IMG/VR virus record: IMGVR_UViG_3300027746_000001
Span: 1 to 63,869 of that record
Reading direction: 5' to 3' (one strand)
Length of the DNA stretch: 63,869 bases
Origin: a virus
Lineage: Duplodnaviria; Caudoviricetes
Shown: positions 22,055-33,500 of the stretch, piece by piece
Position numbering within the stretch: position 1 is the first letter of the stretch
How the letters are laid out: every line of letters starts with the position of its first letter
Notes under the pieces: generated by a model
Told to the model about the DNA's origin: nothing
Seen by the model: only the letters and a program-made list of their open reading frames with translations
The model's database searches: none
Translations under genes and position numbers: made by a program

Positions 22055-22332
22055 CCCCAAACGATTTTCTCAAGATTCTCCTTAATGCAAGCAATAAACC
22101 CACTGATCCACCACCAAATGACTGGTATTCCAGAGATCAATTGGGTAAAATGTGGAATGTCAAAAAAACAATCTGTTGGACTAGGATTTCAAAAGGAATT
22201 AAACTTGGATTTATTGAAAAGAAAACATTTTATATCCCAGATATGAATGGAACAATGAAGCCAGTTCCTCATTATTATTTTCTAGACAAAAAACCCAATA
22301 AAAAAACTTGCATTAAGCAAAACAACAACTAA
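22051..22332 (+). CDS. Hypothetical protein, possibly winged-HTH-like
   Basis: ATGA-coupled; basic. Confidence 0.55.
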   Translation: MTPNDFLKILLNASNKPTDPPPNDWYSRDQLGKMWNVKKTICWTRISKGIKLGFIEKKTFYIPDMNGTMKPVPHYYFLDKKPNKKTCIKQNNN

Positions 22333-22335
22333 AAT
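22308..22335 (+). promoter_or_regulatory. Possible sigma70-like promoter for the tail genes
   Basis: TTGCAT-16 nt-TAAAAT. Confidence 0.35.
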
Positions 22336-22344
22336 TCTAAAATT

Positions 22345-23898
22345 ATGTCATGTTGCAACGATTCAAATAGTAATGTCTGTAGGCAAGACATCCCCTATCC
22401 CCAGATTTCCCATGAAAGCGTTCCATCATTAATCAGCAATCTTGTATATGCTCTTTATGGAACAATCAACAAGACTGTTGTAAATGGACGAGTTGTTTGG
22501 GATATTCCTTGTGATCCTAACAACACCGCTGAAGTTGATAATATTCCGCGTGAAGAAGGTGAAGGATTGCTTTGTTACTTGTTAAGGTTATTTGAAAATA
22601 GTCTTGATAGTTTTGGTTCATTTTTGCGATGGGGATTTTCTGGTTCTGGACAAACAGAATTCACTCTTACTGGAGCATATCAAACTGATCGTAATGCTTT
22701 TTTGGCATACATTGACGGAGTTGTTCAAGACCCGATTAATTATACAATTTCAAGCACGCTGCCAAGGGTTCTGACATTAAGCGCACCTCTTCCAGTTGGG
22801 TCATATTTAACTATTGTTGAAATGTCTGCAACTGCTGGAGCCACTGGTGCTACAGGCCCGCAAGGCCCACAAGGCACTCCCGGTGGGGCTACAGGCGCAA
22901 CTGGACTTCCATCTCCTGCTGGTGGCATTCGATGGGCATTTACAAGCAATGGATCAAATGTGTTTTATGAGTTGCCGGGAGCTTTCTCAACTTTAAACAC
23001 AGCATACTTGGTAACATACAATGGCGTTACACAAGACCCAAACAATTACATCATAAATTCTGGTTCTACATACTCGATTACATTAAGCACTGCTCCAGCA
23101 AACGGAGTTGGAATCGTTATTGTTTCACTTAATGGTATCCAAGGATCAACTGGCCCACAAGGAACACCGGGTGGAGCGACTGGGGCCACAGGCCCAAGTT
23201 CTCCTGCTGGTGGTATTCGATGGGCATACACAAGCGATGGGTCAAACACTCTATATCCACTGTCAGGAGCGTTATCTACTTTAAACACAGCATATCTTGT
23301 AACCTGCGATGGAGTTACCCAAGACCCTAATAATTACACAATTGCTGCTGGTTCTCCATATTCAATAACTTTAAGCACTGCGCCTTCTGCTGGCGTTGGA
23401 ATCGTTATTGTTTCACTTAATGGCATCCAAGGTGCTACAGGACAACAAGGAACTCCGGGTGGAGCCACAGGAGCCACAGGCCCAGCAGGAACAAACGGAA
23501 TAAACGGGCCTGTTGGCCCAGCATTCCCAGCAGGAGGATTGCGTTGGGCTTATACAGGTAACGGATCGCAAACAATTTTTAACATCGCTGGAGCATCTAC
23601 AACATTGGCTACAGCATACTTGGTGACAATTGATGGAATTACTCAAGATAGCGCAAATTACACAATTACTGCTGGGAGTCCATATACATTGACTATTTCA
23701 ACTGTTCCTAATGGATCGGTGATTGTAATTACATCATTGACTGCTGGGCTTGCAAATTGGATTACTGGATTTGGTTCTCCGAATGGAGTTGTTACAGCAC
23801 CAACTGGTAGTGTTTATACTAATTTGACTGGAGGATCACTTTCTACATTATATGTAAAAGAATCAGGTTCTGGAAACACTGGTTGGATTGCAAAATAA
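22345..23898 (+). CDS. Tail-associated protein with four tandem beta modules linked by short collagen segments
   Basis: Repeated RW.(F/Y)T..G...AYLV..DGV.QDP.NY units; units 2 and 3 are 288 nt apart and similar at the DNA level. Confidence 0.7.
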   Translation: MSCCNDSNSNVCRQDIPYPQISHESVPSLISNLVYALYGTINKTVVNGRVVWDIPCDPNNTAEVDNIPREEGEGLLCYLLRLFENSLDSFGSFLRWGFSGSGQTEFTLTGAYQTDRNAFLAYIDGVVQDPINYTISSTLPRVLTLSAPLPVGSYLTIVEMSATAGATGATGPQGPQGTPGGATGATGLPSPAGGIRWAFTSNGSNVFYELPGAFSTLNTAYLVTYNGVTQDPNNYIINSGSTYSITLSTAPANGVGIVIVSLNGIQGSTGPQGTPGGATGATGPSSPAGGIRWAYTSDGSNTLYPLSGALSTLNTAYLVTCDGVTQDPNNYTIAAGSPYSITLSTAPSAGVGIVIVSLNGIQGATGQQGTPGGATGATGPAGTNGINGPVGPAFPAGGLRWAYTGNGSQTIFNIAGASTTLATAYLVTIDGITQDSANYTITAGSPYTLTISTVPNGSVIVITSLTAGLANWITGFGSPNGVVTAPTGSVYTNLTGGSLSTLYVKESGSGNTGWIAK

Positions 23899-23921
23899 TT
23901 TAACAACAAAAAAATAATAAT

Positions 23922-25493
23922 ATGCCACTAACTAAAACCACACAAGCAGTAATCGCTCCGAATATCTGCACAACGGATACAGCGCAGACTATTACTGGAG
24001 TCAAGACAATTTCAAACGACACACTTATCAATGGACTTACTGTTGGCAGAGGTGCAAGTAGCGTTTCTGCAAATGCAGCACTTGGAGAGTCTGCTCTTTC
24101 ATCAAATGTAAGTGGAGTTGGAAACTGTGCAATCGGAGGGAATGCATTAAGGGGAAATACTACTGGTGGATACAATATTGGTATTGGAGCAAATGCTTTA
24201 TTTGTAAATCAAGCTGGTTCTGGGAATATTGGTATTGGTGTTAATGCTCTTACTGTAAACATAGGTGGTGACAATACTGCTGTAGGAAGCACTGCATTGC
24301 AGTATAACACATCTGCGTCAGATAATACTGCCGTTGGGTCTGGTGCGCTTAGAGGAATTTCTGGTGGTCTTACTGGAACAGGAAATTGCGCTCTTGGAAG
24401 AAATGCTTCTCAAGGAAATACTACTGGTTCATACAATATTGCAGTTGGAAGTAATGCCTTATTTTCAAATCAAACGGGAGGAGGAAATGTTGCTGTAGGA
24501 CTTAATTCTCTTACTATAAATACTGTTGGTAATAACACTGCCGTTGGAACAAGTGCGCTCCGATTTAATACAACAGGAACGGACAATGTAGCTGTTGGAC
24601 ATAGTGCTTTGGCCGCAACATCTTCTAATTCACAAACTGGAAATAACAATATAGCAATTGGCAGAAGTGCGCTTCCGTCAAATACATCTGGTAGTACAAA
24701 CACTGTAATTGGATACAGTGCTTCAGCTTCATCAACAATAGCAAGCGAAAACACTATTGTTGGAGCAAGCGCAGGAGATCAAAATATTAGCGGAAGTCAA
24801 AATTCATTTTTTGGTGCTGGTGCTGGTGGAGAAATTACATCTGGAAATTACAATTCAGCATTAGGTTATCAATCATTGTCAGTTGATACTTCATGCACAA
24901 ATAGCACTGGAATTGGTTATCAAGCAAGAACATTTGGATTGTCAAATCAAGTTCAAATCGGAAATTCAGCCACTTCAACTTGGGTATATGGAACTGTTTC
25001 AAGTCGTTCTGATGTTAGAGACAAAACAGATATTCGTGATACAACTCTTGGACTTGATTTTGTGAATGCGCTTCGTCCCGTTGATTTTAAATGGGATATG
25101 CGTGAAGATTATGTTCAAGAAGAACCTGCTGTCGTAAGTAAACCATCAGAACTTCTTGATGATGCCTCTGAAGAAGATAAAGCAAAATATCAAGAAGAAC
25201 TGGTTAAATACAACGAATACAGGGAAGCTAAAACAAAATGGATTGAAGATGCAAAACTTGCAAATATCACTCACGATGGAAGCAAAAAACGCAATCGTTA
25301 CCATCATGGATTGATTGCTCAAGAAGTTAAACAACTTATTGAATCTACTGGAGTTGATTTCGGAGGATTCCAAAATGCAAATCATAATGGTGGAGATGAT
25401 GTAATGGCTATTGGATATGATGAACTTATTGCCCCTCTCATTAAAGCAATTCAACAACTTTCCGCTAAAGTAGAAACATTAGAATCTAAATAA
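23922..25493 (+). CDS. Tail fibre with a C-terminal intramolecular chaperone (peptidase S74-like)
   Basis: N.AVG..AL repeats; SDVRDK cleavage motif; HGLIAQEV; YDELIAPLIKAIQQL. Confidence 0.85.
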   Translation: MPLTKTTQAVIAPNICTTDTAQTITGVKTISNDTLINGLTVGRGASSVSANAALGESALSSNVSGVGNCAIGGNALRGNTTGGYNIGIGANALFVNQAGSGNIGIGVNALTVNIGGDNTAVGSTALQYNTSASDNTAVGSGALRGISGGLTGTGNCALGRNASQGNTTGSYNIAVGSNALFSNQTGGGNVAVGLNSLTINTVGNNTAVGTSALRFNTTGTDNVAVGHSALAATSSNSQTGNNNIAIGRSALPSNTSGSTNTVIGYSASASSTIASENTIVGASAGDQNISGSQNSFFGAGAGGEITSGNYNSALGYQSLSVDTSCTNSTGIGYQARTFGLSNQVQIGNSATSTWVYGTVSSRSDVRDKTDIRDTTLGLDFVNALRPVDFKWDMREDYVQEEPAVVSKPSELLDDASEEDKAKYQEELVKYNEYREAKTKWIEDAKLANITHDGSKKRNRYHHGLIAQEVKQLIESTGVDFGGFQNANHNGGDDVMAIGYDELIAPLIKAIQQLSAKVETLESK

Positions 25494-25494
25494 T

Positions 25495-27570
25495 ATGCCA
25501 ATTACAAAAGCAAATCAAAATGTAATTGAAACAAGTATCTGTACGACAGATACAGCACAGACTATTACAGGGTCTAAAAACTTCTCCAATCCAAATGGAG
25601 TATTTTCAGGCAACGCATCGAGTGCTACCGCTCTTGCTACTAATAGTTCGACTGCTCGTTCGCTCGCAAACAGGTTTTCTGATGTGGTCAATGTGATGGA
25701 TTTCGGTGTGATTGGTGATGGTTCTAATGAAACCACAAAAATACAAACTGCACTAACTGCCTCACAAGGAAAAACGCTTTTGTTTGAAGCTGGAAAAACT
25801 TATGGTTATACGCAATTAACAATAAAACAAAATACGCAAGTATTATCCTATAATTCAACATTCAATAGATTGTCAGCCGCTGTTGGTCACGGTATTACAA
25901 TTGAATCTGGAGTCGCAATCGACTCTTTAATTATTACAACCCCCGGAGGTGGAACTGGTGCAGGAACAGGAGATAAGGGAGTTTTAATTAAAGGTAGCAA
26001 TGTTCTTATTGATAAACTTTCAATTACAGCAACAGCACAAGGAGTGTATAATAGCACCAATTTTGCTCTTGAAATTGAAAGCATTCCTACTGGAACAAAA
26101 CTTTCAAATATTACAATAAATAACTTTTATTGTAAGTATTTTAGCGTGGGTATGTTTATTAAAAATGTAGAATTGATGACAGTAAATTCCGCATTGGTTG
26201 AACATTTCTCAACAGGGATTTATTTGAAAGATACATCAAGAAGCACATTTAATAATGTAACTTGTGTTTTTACAGCATCAACTTGTGATGGTAGCCCCGG
26301 AGAAAACGGATTATTGATTGAATCAATATTAGCATCAAATAGTTGTTTTGATTTAAGATTTAATGGTTGGAGCGTTATTGGTGCTGGAGAACACTCATAT
26401 AGACTTGGTGGGCAACTTGCAATTAGAGATGTATGGTTTGAAAATTGCCGTTCTGTGAATTCTGGATCTGCCATTGTTGTTAACAATCCAGCCGCAACAG
26501 AGTGGCATGGTGGTTGCGGATTTAAAGTTCTTGGCGCGACAACTGTTGCTGGACAAAAACATAAAAATATTTATTTCAATAATTGCACAGTTGAAGATAT
26601 TAACGATACTTTTGGATCATTTCCAACTGGTCATGGGGCAGGTAATTTTGCAGGATTTCAAGTTGCAGTAGCAACAAATGTTCATATTTCAAATTGTTCT
26701 GTAAAAACACGCGATAATACTTATTCATGTGGATATGGAGCAGAAATACTTGCATCAGATCATGTATATTTTACAGATGTTTCATTTGAAAAGATGTATC
26801 AAACAGTAAGAATTTATGAAGCAGGTAGTGTTGGAGAATATCCGGGTTGGGATTTGCCATGTGAACATATTTATTTCAATAATTGTTTCATGCAATCATC
26901 AAACAGTGGATTGCAATATTTATTTACAATATCTAATGTAGCTCAAAATTTCCATCATAAACAAATTCATTTAAGGGGATGTCATTTGTCTGGAGCAGCA
27001 AGGGCTGTAAGAATTGAACCGATTACAGGAGCAGGATCATACGAAGATATTTATTTAGATTTTACATATACTAATTGCACCTCTAATCCTGCAACATATA
27101 CAGACCCAATTATATATGGATCGCCAAGTAGCGCAATGGTGAATGTTAAAGCACCTTGGCATCCGTTAGCGGATTATCCAAATGTAAAAGATGGATCAAT
27201 TTGGCAAGACACATATCTTGGTCAAGTAAGAGAAAAATCCAATAACATATGGGGGGTAATAAACAATCGCTACAAAGTAACAATTGCAAACAATTATTTT
27301 ACAACAATTATTCCACCAACACTCCCCGATCCGGGATTTCTTCTTATTGCTGGGGAAGGTAGTCAACAAAACATGATGGCATGGTATAGAGCAAGCGCAA
27401 CCCCATCTTCAATAAAATATGCTGGCGCAGCACAAACTGTTATTGTAAATACTCCATTAAATGGAACAACAGGTTCTGTTGGAAATGTTACAGTTGGAAT
27501 CCAAAATAATTTAATTTATATTGAAAATAGAAATGGTGTAGAAAACGATTTCATAATAACATTTTTATAA
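25495..27570 (+). CDS. Tailspike / right-handed beta-helix depolymerase 1
   Basis: VVNVMDFGVIGDG..ET..IQ.A pectate-lyase-3-like start followed by a beta-helix-like region. Confidence 0.75.
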   Translation: MPITKANQNVIETSICTTDTAQTITGSKNFSNPNGVFSGNASSATALATNSSTARSLANRFSDVVNVMDFGVIGDGSNETTKIQTALTASQGKTLLFEAGKTYGYTQLTIKQNTQVLSYNSTFNRLSAAVGHGITIESGVAIDSLIITTPGGGTGAGTGDKGVLIKGSNVLIDKLSITATAQGVYNSTNFALEIESIPTGTKLSNITINNFYCKYFSVGMFIKNVELMTVNSALVEHFSTGIYLKDTSRSTFNNVTCVFTASTCDGSPGENGLLIESILASNSCFDLRFNGWSVIGAGEHSYRLGGQLAIRDVWFENCRSVNSGSAIVVNNPAATEWHGGCGFKVLGATTVAGQKHKNIYFNNCTVEDINDTFGSFPTGHGAGNFAGFQVAVATNVHISNCSVKTRDNTYSCGYGAEILASDHVYFTDVSFEKMYQTVRIYEAGSVGEYPGWDLPCEHIYFNNCFMQSSNSGLQYLFTISNVAQNFHHKQIHLRGCHLSGAARAVRIEPITGAGSYEDIYLDFTYTNCTSNPATYTDPIIYGSPSSAMVNVKAPWHPLADYPNVKDGSIWQDTYLGQVREKSNNIWGVINNRYKVTIANNYFTTIIPPTLPDPGFLLIAGEGSQQNMMAWYRASATPSSIKYAGAAQTVIVNTPLNGTTGSVGNVTVGIQNNLIYIENRNGVENDFIITFL

Positions 27571-27664
27571 TGAACTGGCCATCCGACTTCCCAAGTAAGC
27601 ATGACAAACCCGAAGATTACGAAAAACAAACATGAGCGCAAATATTAAAGCATCCACAAACGGA

Positions 27665-27682
27665 ACACCATGCCCACCATGC
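27665..27682 (+). repeat. 18-nt direct repeat ACACCATGCCCACCATGC (second copy at 29737-29754)
   Basis: Exact match seen in the sequence; the two copies bracket tailspike 2. Confidence 0.85.
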
Positions 27683-27698
27683 AACACACTTAAATAAT

Positions 27699-29717
27699 AT
27701 GCCTATCACAAAAGTAGATCAAAATGTATTTCAGCCAGTATTAGCAACTGGATCGACTGCATCAAGGACATTGGCTAATCGCTTCGCTGATGTGGTGAAT
27801 GTGAAGGATTTTCTTTGCGATGATGGATTGCCTGTTGCTGGTGATGGAATCCATGATGATACTACTGGTATTCAAGCTGCGCTAAATAGCATTCCATTTG
27901 GATATGGAGCAACTAACCGATCAGGAGTTTATTTTCCAAGGGGAATATATATTATTACAAATACACTTTTTGTAAAAACAAATTATACAGGATTTTTTTG
28001 TGATGGAGTTGGGAGTGCTGAAATTCGATTAACAAATTATTCTGTAGATTCTGCTATTCTTGTTAAAAACCCTACTGCTGGAGGTTCCATTTTTGAATTT
28101 TCTTGGAGAAATGTTGTATTAGTAAGATTAACTGCATCAACATATCAAAAAGGAATTGTTTTGGAATCATGTTCAAATACACACATGACAGATGTGGAAA
28201 TCTCAGGATTCCCAACTTGTTTAGATATTCGTGGAGGATTGAATTGCCATTATACTACAATAAGGTTGAGTGATTATGGTTCTACAAATACAACTCCAGA
28301 TGTTGGATTATTGCAAATTGATGGCAGCGCATATGCTTCAAACCCAGTTTTCTTTAGCCATTTATTTACTAATTCATTAATTGGAGGAGGATCATACTGC
28401 TTAACAATCCGTGGTGGAGATTATATTACTTTTTCAAATACATATTTTGGAGGTGGAAAACAAGGCGATGTGTTAATTGGAGAGGGAACAATATATGCAA
28501 ACTACGACAATTATTTTGATAATTGTTATTTCGATTTTGCTCAACAGAATTTTGATACAACAAGAGCAGCAATTGCAATAACTGGAGGTGGTAAAAATAA
28601 CACAAAAATTACGGATTCTCGATTTGGGCCTTGGGGAATAGGTGTCAAAATTGATTCTGTATATGACCCTGCAATTGAAATAACTGGATGTTTATTCCAA
28701 AGAACAAATACTCCAGTATTAATGGAAGCAACATCACAATACACTTCATTAGTTCTAACTGGAAATCAATTTAGAGATTCTGGATTTTTGGGTGGAAATG
28801 CTAATTGTTTGGAAATCAGAGATGCAACGCAAATAACAATTACTGGAAATTCTTTTTATTGGGATTATGCTGGATGGGTTGCTGGAGCCACAAGATATAT
28901 TGGAAATGGAATACAAACAGTTTTTAATCTTCGTGATGCATCAACTACATTATCATCAGCATATGAAGTATTAATTGATGGTGTAATTCAACCTTCTTCA
29001 AGTTATACAATTACAGCAGGGAACCCATATACTATTACAACATCTTCTCCAGTTCCTAATGGAGAAACAATTGAAATTCGGATGCCCGGAACTAAAAAGG
29101 TTATTGCAATAACATCTGGTGCAACAATTGAAAATATTTCAATTACAGGAAATGTATTTAATTCCACTCCATTTACTGGAGTAGTATTTGTTGATTTTGA
29201 AAATTTGGGAACAGTCGATCAACTTGTAATCACAGGTAATGCTTCCAGCAATACAACCAATACTATTGTTGGTCATCTTATCGGAAATCAATTGAGTTCC
29301 AATCCATTGATGTTAGACTGGTATCAAGAAGGTGTATTTACTCCTGTATTATCATTCGGTGGAGCAAGCGTTGGAGTTACATATACTACGCAAATTGGTA
29401 ATTATACTCGTATTGGAAATCGAATGATATTTGATTTGCAAATACAGCTTTCAAGCAAGGGTAGTGCAACTGGAGATGTTGCAATAAATGGTTTTCCATT
29501 CCCATTATCTCCAAGTGGAATATCTACTGGCAATCTTTCAGTATCAATTCCAAGCGTTGATGGAATTGGTGGAGCAAATGTTGATTCATATTTTAACACA
29601 ACAACATCAGCAATAATTAGATATATTGATGGTTCTGGAAATGGAGTTACATTAACAAATTCAAACTTTAGAAATAATACATTTTTGTTTTTGTCAGGAT
29701 CAGTTCAAGTAGAATAA
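27699..29717 (+). CDS. Tailspike / beta-helix depolymerase 2
   Basis: VVNVKDF...GDGIHDDTTGIQAA..VYFPRGIY; C-terminal FTP.L.FGG...G.YTRIG domain. Confidence 0.8.
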   Translation: MPITKVDQNVFQPVLATGSTASRTLANRFADVVNVKDFLCDDGLPVAGDGIHDDTTGIQAALNSIPFGYGATNRSGVYFPRGIYIITNTLFVKTNYTGFFCDGVGSAEIRLTNYSVDSAILVKNPTAGGSIFEFSWRNVVLVRLTASTYQKGIVLESCSNTHMTDVEISGFPTCLDIRGGLNCHYTTIRLSDYGSTNTTPDVGLLQIDGSAYASNPVFFSHLFTNSLIGGGSYCLTIRGGDYITFSNTYFGGGKQGDVLIGEGTIYANYDNYFDNCYFDFAQQNFDTTRAAIAITGGGKNNTKITDSRFGPWGIGVKIDSVYDPAIEITGCLFQRTNTPVLMEATSQYTSLVLTGNQFRDSGFLGGNANCLEIRDATQITITGNSFYWDYAGWVAGATRYIGNGIQTVFNLRDASTTLSSAYEVLIDGVIQPSSSYTITAGNPYTITTSSPVPNGETIEIRMPGTKKVIAITSGATIENISITGNVFNSTPFTGVVFVDFENLGTVDQLVITGNASSNTTNTIVGHLIGNQLSSNPLMLDWYQEGVFTPVLSFGGASVGVTYTTQIGNYTRIGNRMIFDLQIQLSSKGSATGDVAINGFPFPLSPSGISTGNLSVSIPSVDGIGGANVDSYFNTTTSAIIRYIDGSGNGVTLTNSNFRNNTFLFLSGSVQVE

Positions 29718-29794
29718 TAAAATTATGAGTTACTGCACACCATGCCCACCATGCGACACGAACTTTCCGTTGTTGTGTGAACCACTTGAATAAT

Positions 29795-30229
29795 ATGCCA
29801 TACACTAAAGAAAAATACAATCTCCCTTCTGGATTTACGGATCTAGGTGAGGAAGTTAAGCCAATGTCAATGGAGGAAATGGAAAAGCCTAAAAGCGATT
29901 ACCATTATCCTTCACTCTATTTTGAGAACGCAGAGGGGCTTAAAAACCTTCCTAAAGAGGGAACTGCTACCATCTACTTCAAGAAGACAATGGAGAAGGA
30001 TGAGACTACCATGCGTGATGGCAAGACTGAAAAACGTCATTGCGTTGAGTTGTGTATCTGTGGCATTAAAGCTAAAGGTGCATCTCAAATGATGCCAATG
30101 GAAGAAGAGATGGATGACGAGGAAGCTATTGACTCTGGACTAGAAGAGGAAGAAGCTGGAATGGAATCTGAAAGCAAACCAAAAACCAAAATCGAGATTG
30201 AAATCGGTGGAGAAGAAGACGAGGATTAA
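29795..30229 (+). CDS. Acidic hypothetical protein
   Basis: Probable start MPYTK after TAATATG. Confidence 0.6.
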   Translation: MPYTKEKYNLPSGFTDLGEEVKPMSMEEMEKPKSDYHYPSLYFENAEGLKNLPKEGTATIYFKKTMEKDETTMRDGKTEKRHCVELCICGIKAKGASQMMPMEEEMDDEEAIDSGLEEEEAGMESESKPKTKIEIEIGGEEDED

Positions 30230-30234
30230 TTTAT

Positions 30235-30552
30235 ATGGCAAAACCAACAACTGAGGCAGCAATGCCCGAACCTGCAATGGGAATGGATCTCCCTGAAGAT
30301 ATGAGCGGAATTCCTTCTCCAATGGCAGAAGAGGGTTCAGTTAATATTTCAGTAAGCAAATCAAAGTTTGATGAACTCCATAGCATTGCCATGCAACTTG
30401 CTGGAGCGATTGATGCTCTTGCCGCTGAAGTTGAAGGTCAAAAAGCCGCAACTGAATCGCTCGATGGACAAGTTCCCGCTGCTGAAGGTGCGGCAATGGC
30501 TAGTGAAGAAGATTTTCTGAATTCTATTGCATCCGAAGGATCCATGCGCTAA
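30235..30552 (+). CDS. Acidic hypothetical protein
   Basis: Operon context. Confidence 0.6.
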   Translation: MAKPTTEAAMPEPAMGMDLPEDMSGIPSPMAEEGSVNISVSKSKFDELHSIAMQLAGAIDALAAEVEGQKAATESLDGQVPAAEGAAMASEEDFLNSIASEGSMR

Positions 30553-30561
30553 TTTATCGTC

Positions 30562-33500
30562 ATGTTTGTCGATCAAATCTTTGAGGAATGTGCGGAGATT
30601 TTAGGAACTACTGACGAGAAAAGAGTTTACCGCAAAATCACGCAAGCTGTCCAGACGCTTATGGAGTCTGGGCATTGGATGCAATCCACAGCAGACGTTG
30701 ATGTTTGCACAGGATGGGATGGTTGTACTGTTGCTCTTCCCCGTGGAATCGATGTTCCTCTTGCGGTCAATGTAGATGGCTCCCCAGTCTACTTCCGAAA
30801 TCGTCTATTCCAATACCATGTCAACAAAGGTGGTCAATTCAACACTGTAGACTGGGCATGGGATGATCGAGGCTATGTGGCTACTCTCATGCAGATTGTT
30901 CAACCTTCGCAGTTGGTTGCCATTGCCGAAAGCGAAAATGACGTAGGAAAGATCATTCGCGTTACTGGAACGGATTCAAACAACCGAGATCTGCGTAGTC
31001 AATTAAAAGACGGAACTGGTGTTGATGGTCTGCTAATCCCAATCCATTCACAATCTGATTTCGCTTACAGAACAATCGCTCCAGACGATGCCACTATCCG
31101 CACCCGTGAGGTTGCTATAACCCCGATTAGCAAGTTTACGTCTACAGCCCCCCATACGCTTGATTCTGGTCAGGGAATGGCTATTACTGCGATTTCTGGC
31201 ACTATTCCAGTTCCACTTTCAAATGGTCAGGTTTATTACATTGGTGTTCTGGATGCATTGACCATTCAAATCTACAACGATTCCCTCAACGCACAGGCTG
31301 GAAACTACCCAATCTCCCTCCAAAGTATAGTAGGAGCAGGGCCATTGAAATTCCTAGATTCTAGGACTTCATTTGTCGTGACTGCTCTTCAATTCGCATC
31401 TGCTCCTACTATTGAGATTACAACGGCAAATCCAATCACATTTCCATCTGGTCAAGCATTGCCCATTGGATTGCGTTCTGGAGTTACATACTTTGGTAAT
31501 CTTTTAGACTCCACACATCTTCAGGTTTTTAATTCTATTTCGGACGCGCAAGCAAATGTTAACGAAGTTCACACAACAGGATCAACTAACCCAATCAATG
31601 TTGATATCCGCAAAGAGATTGTTCCAGAGACAAAGCTAACATTTAGCGTAAATCACCTACTGACTCAAGGCGATCAGGTTCAGGTATTCACATCTGGTGG
31701 AACGCTTCCACAACCTTTAATTGCAAACCAAAATTATTTTGTGAACATTGTAGATACTAAATCTGTATCTATCCATACTACACAGGCTGACGCGCTTTCA
31801 TCCTCACCAACTAATTTTGTAAATCCAATCAAGCTCACGACTGCTGGATCAGGTACAGTTTCTGTTGTTAAACTTATTCAGGCAGCATCAAGGACAGGAA
31901 CAGAAAGTCAGATAACCGCAAGCGGACTTGCTTTATCAACTCCATCTGGATCTGGAGCGCAATTTCAAGCTGTTATTGTTGGATCTGTAACAGGTGTTAG
32001 CGTTACTGCTGGTGGAAGTGGATACTCAGTTCCTCCAAATGTAACATTTTCTTCTCCACCACAACCACCAACTGGAAGCACTATTGAAGCTAGGGCAGCG
32101 ACTGGCTATGCGCTGATAGCTGGAGGTGCTGTTACCTCAATCGTAATAACTGATGGCGGGTTTGGTTACATTAATGCACCTGCTATTTCATTTGATTCTG
32201 GAACAGCAAAAGCAACATCAGCAATCACAACATCATTTGTATCTGGATTCACACGAATTTCTGGAGGATTTGGATATGATGATGCTCCTCAAGTAAAAGT
32301 TATTGGTGGTGGTGGAAGTGGAGCAACTGGAACGGCAACGATAAACTCAACAATAAATCAAATAGTAAGTCCTAATTTAACATATTTGTCAGGCACTGTA
32401 ACTTGTGTTATACCAAGTGGTCATGGTTATTTCAATGGTGATACAGTTGAGGTGTCTGGTGTGTTGAATGATACGACTGGAGTTTATAACAGAAAAACAA
32501 CTATTTCTGTTCCAACAATTGATAAGACAATATTAGCAACAAAGCTAACTGGAACAGTTGGAGGAACCACTGCTAGTTGTAATATTATTAATCATGGTTT
32601 TGTAGATGGTCAAATAGTTACAATTTCAGGTGTAACTGGTGCTAATCAATCGATGTATAATGGATCCTTTTCAATAAATGTTATTGATAATAATAATTTT
32701 CAATATCAAACATTGACGATAATTTCATCGACTCCAGCAACAGGCCCAATGCTTGCATCTATACCAAACTCAACAACATTTACCTATTCCGCAGTAGGCA
32801 CTGGAAGCACTCCAGCAATTGCAACAGGAACGGCAATGGAGTCTTATTCTGGCAGTGTGATTGCAATAAATACAATCACCACTGGAACTGGATATGTTTC
32901 TAGACCAAGTGTAATCATTACCCCATCAACTGGTGTGTTTGTGCAGTTTTCTGCGACAGGAACACTTCCTTCACCGCTTGTATCTGGAACAGCATATCGC
33001 GCAGAAACTCCATTGAATGGCTCAACTGGAACTTTTACAGTTAAAAACTCTGATTTTAGTGATGTAAACATAACCTCATCAGCTACTGGAACATTCTACG
33101 TTGTTTTGTCCCGTGCATTTGGTGTTTCTTTTACAAATAAATGGCTAGGTGATTTCACAAATTTAACCACACCATCTACGATTTATTGGGGAACTGACTA
33201 TTTGCTACCAACAACTAGTCCATCGATTGATAATGGTTCAACTCCAGCATATTTAAATGTGCTTTCAACGTCTCTTGCTACAGCATATACATCATCAGGA
33301 GATGCAACTGCTGGTGGAACAACTGGATTAATTAACGTAGTTTCATTTGGAACTGGTCAATCGTACTATGCAAAGAGGTTTTCCGTCTCTCCATTGCCGT
33401 ATAACAACCTGATTCAACCCTCTTCTGTGCAGTTTTTGCAGGAAAATGAGACTGTAAAATTTTCAACTAGCGGAGTGTTGCCATCTCCGCTTGTTGCTGG

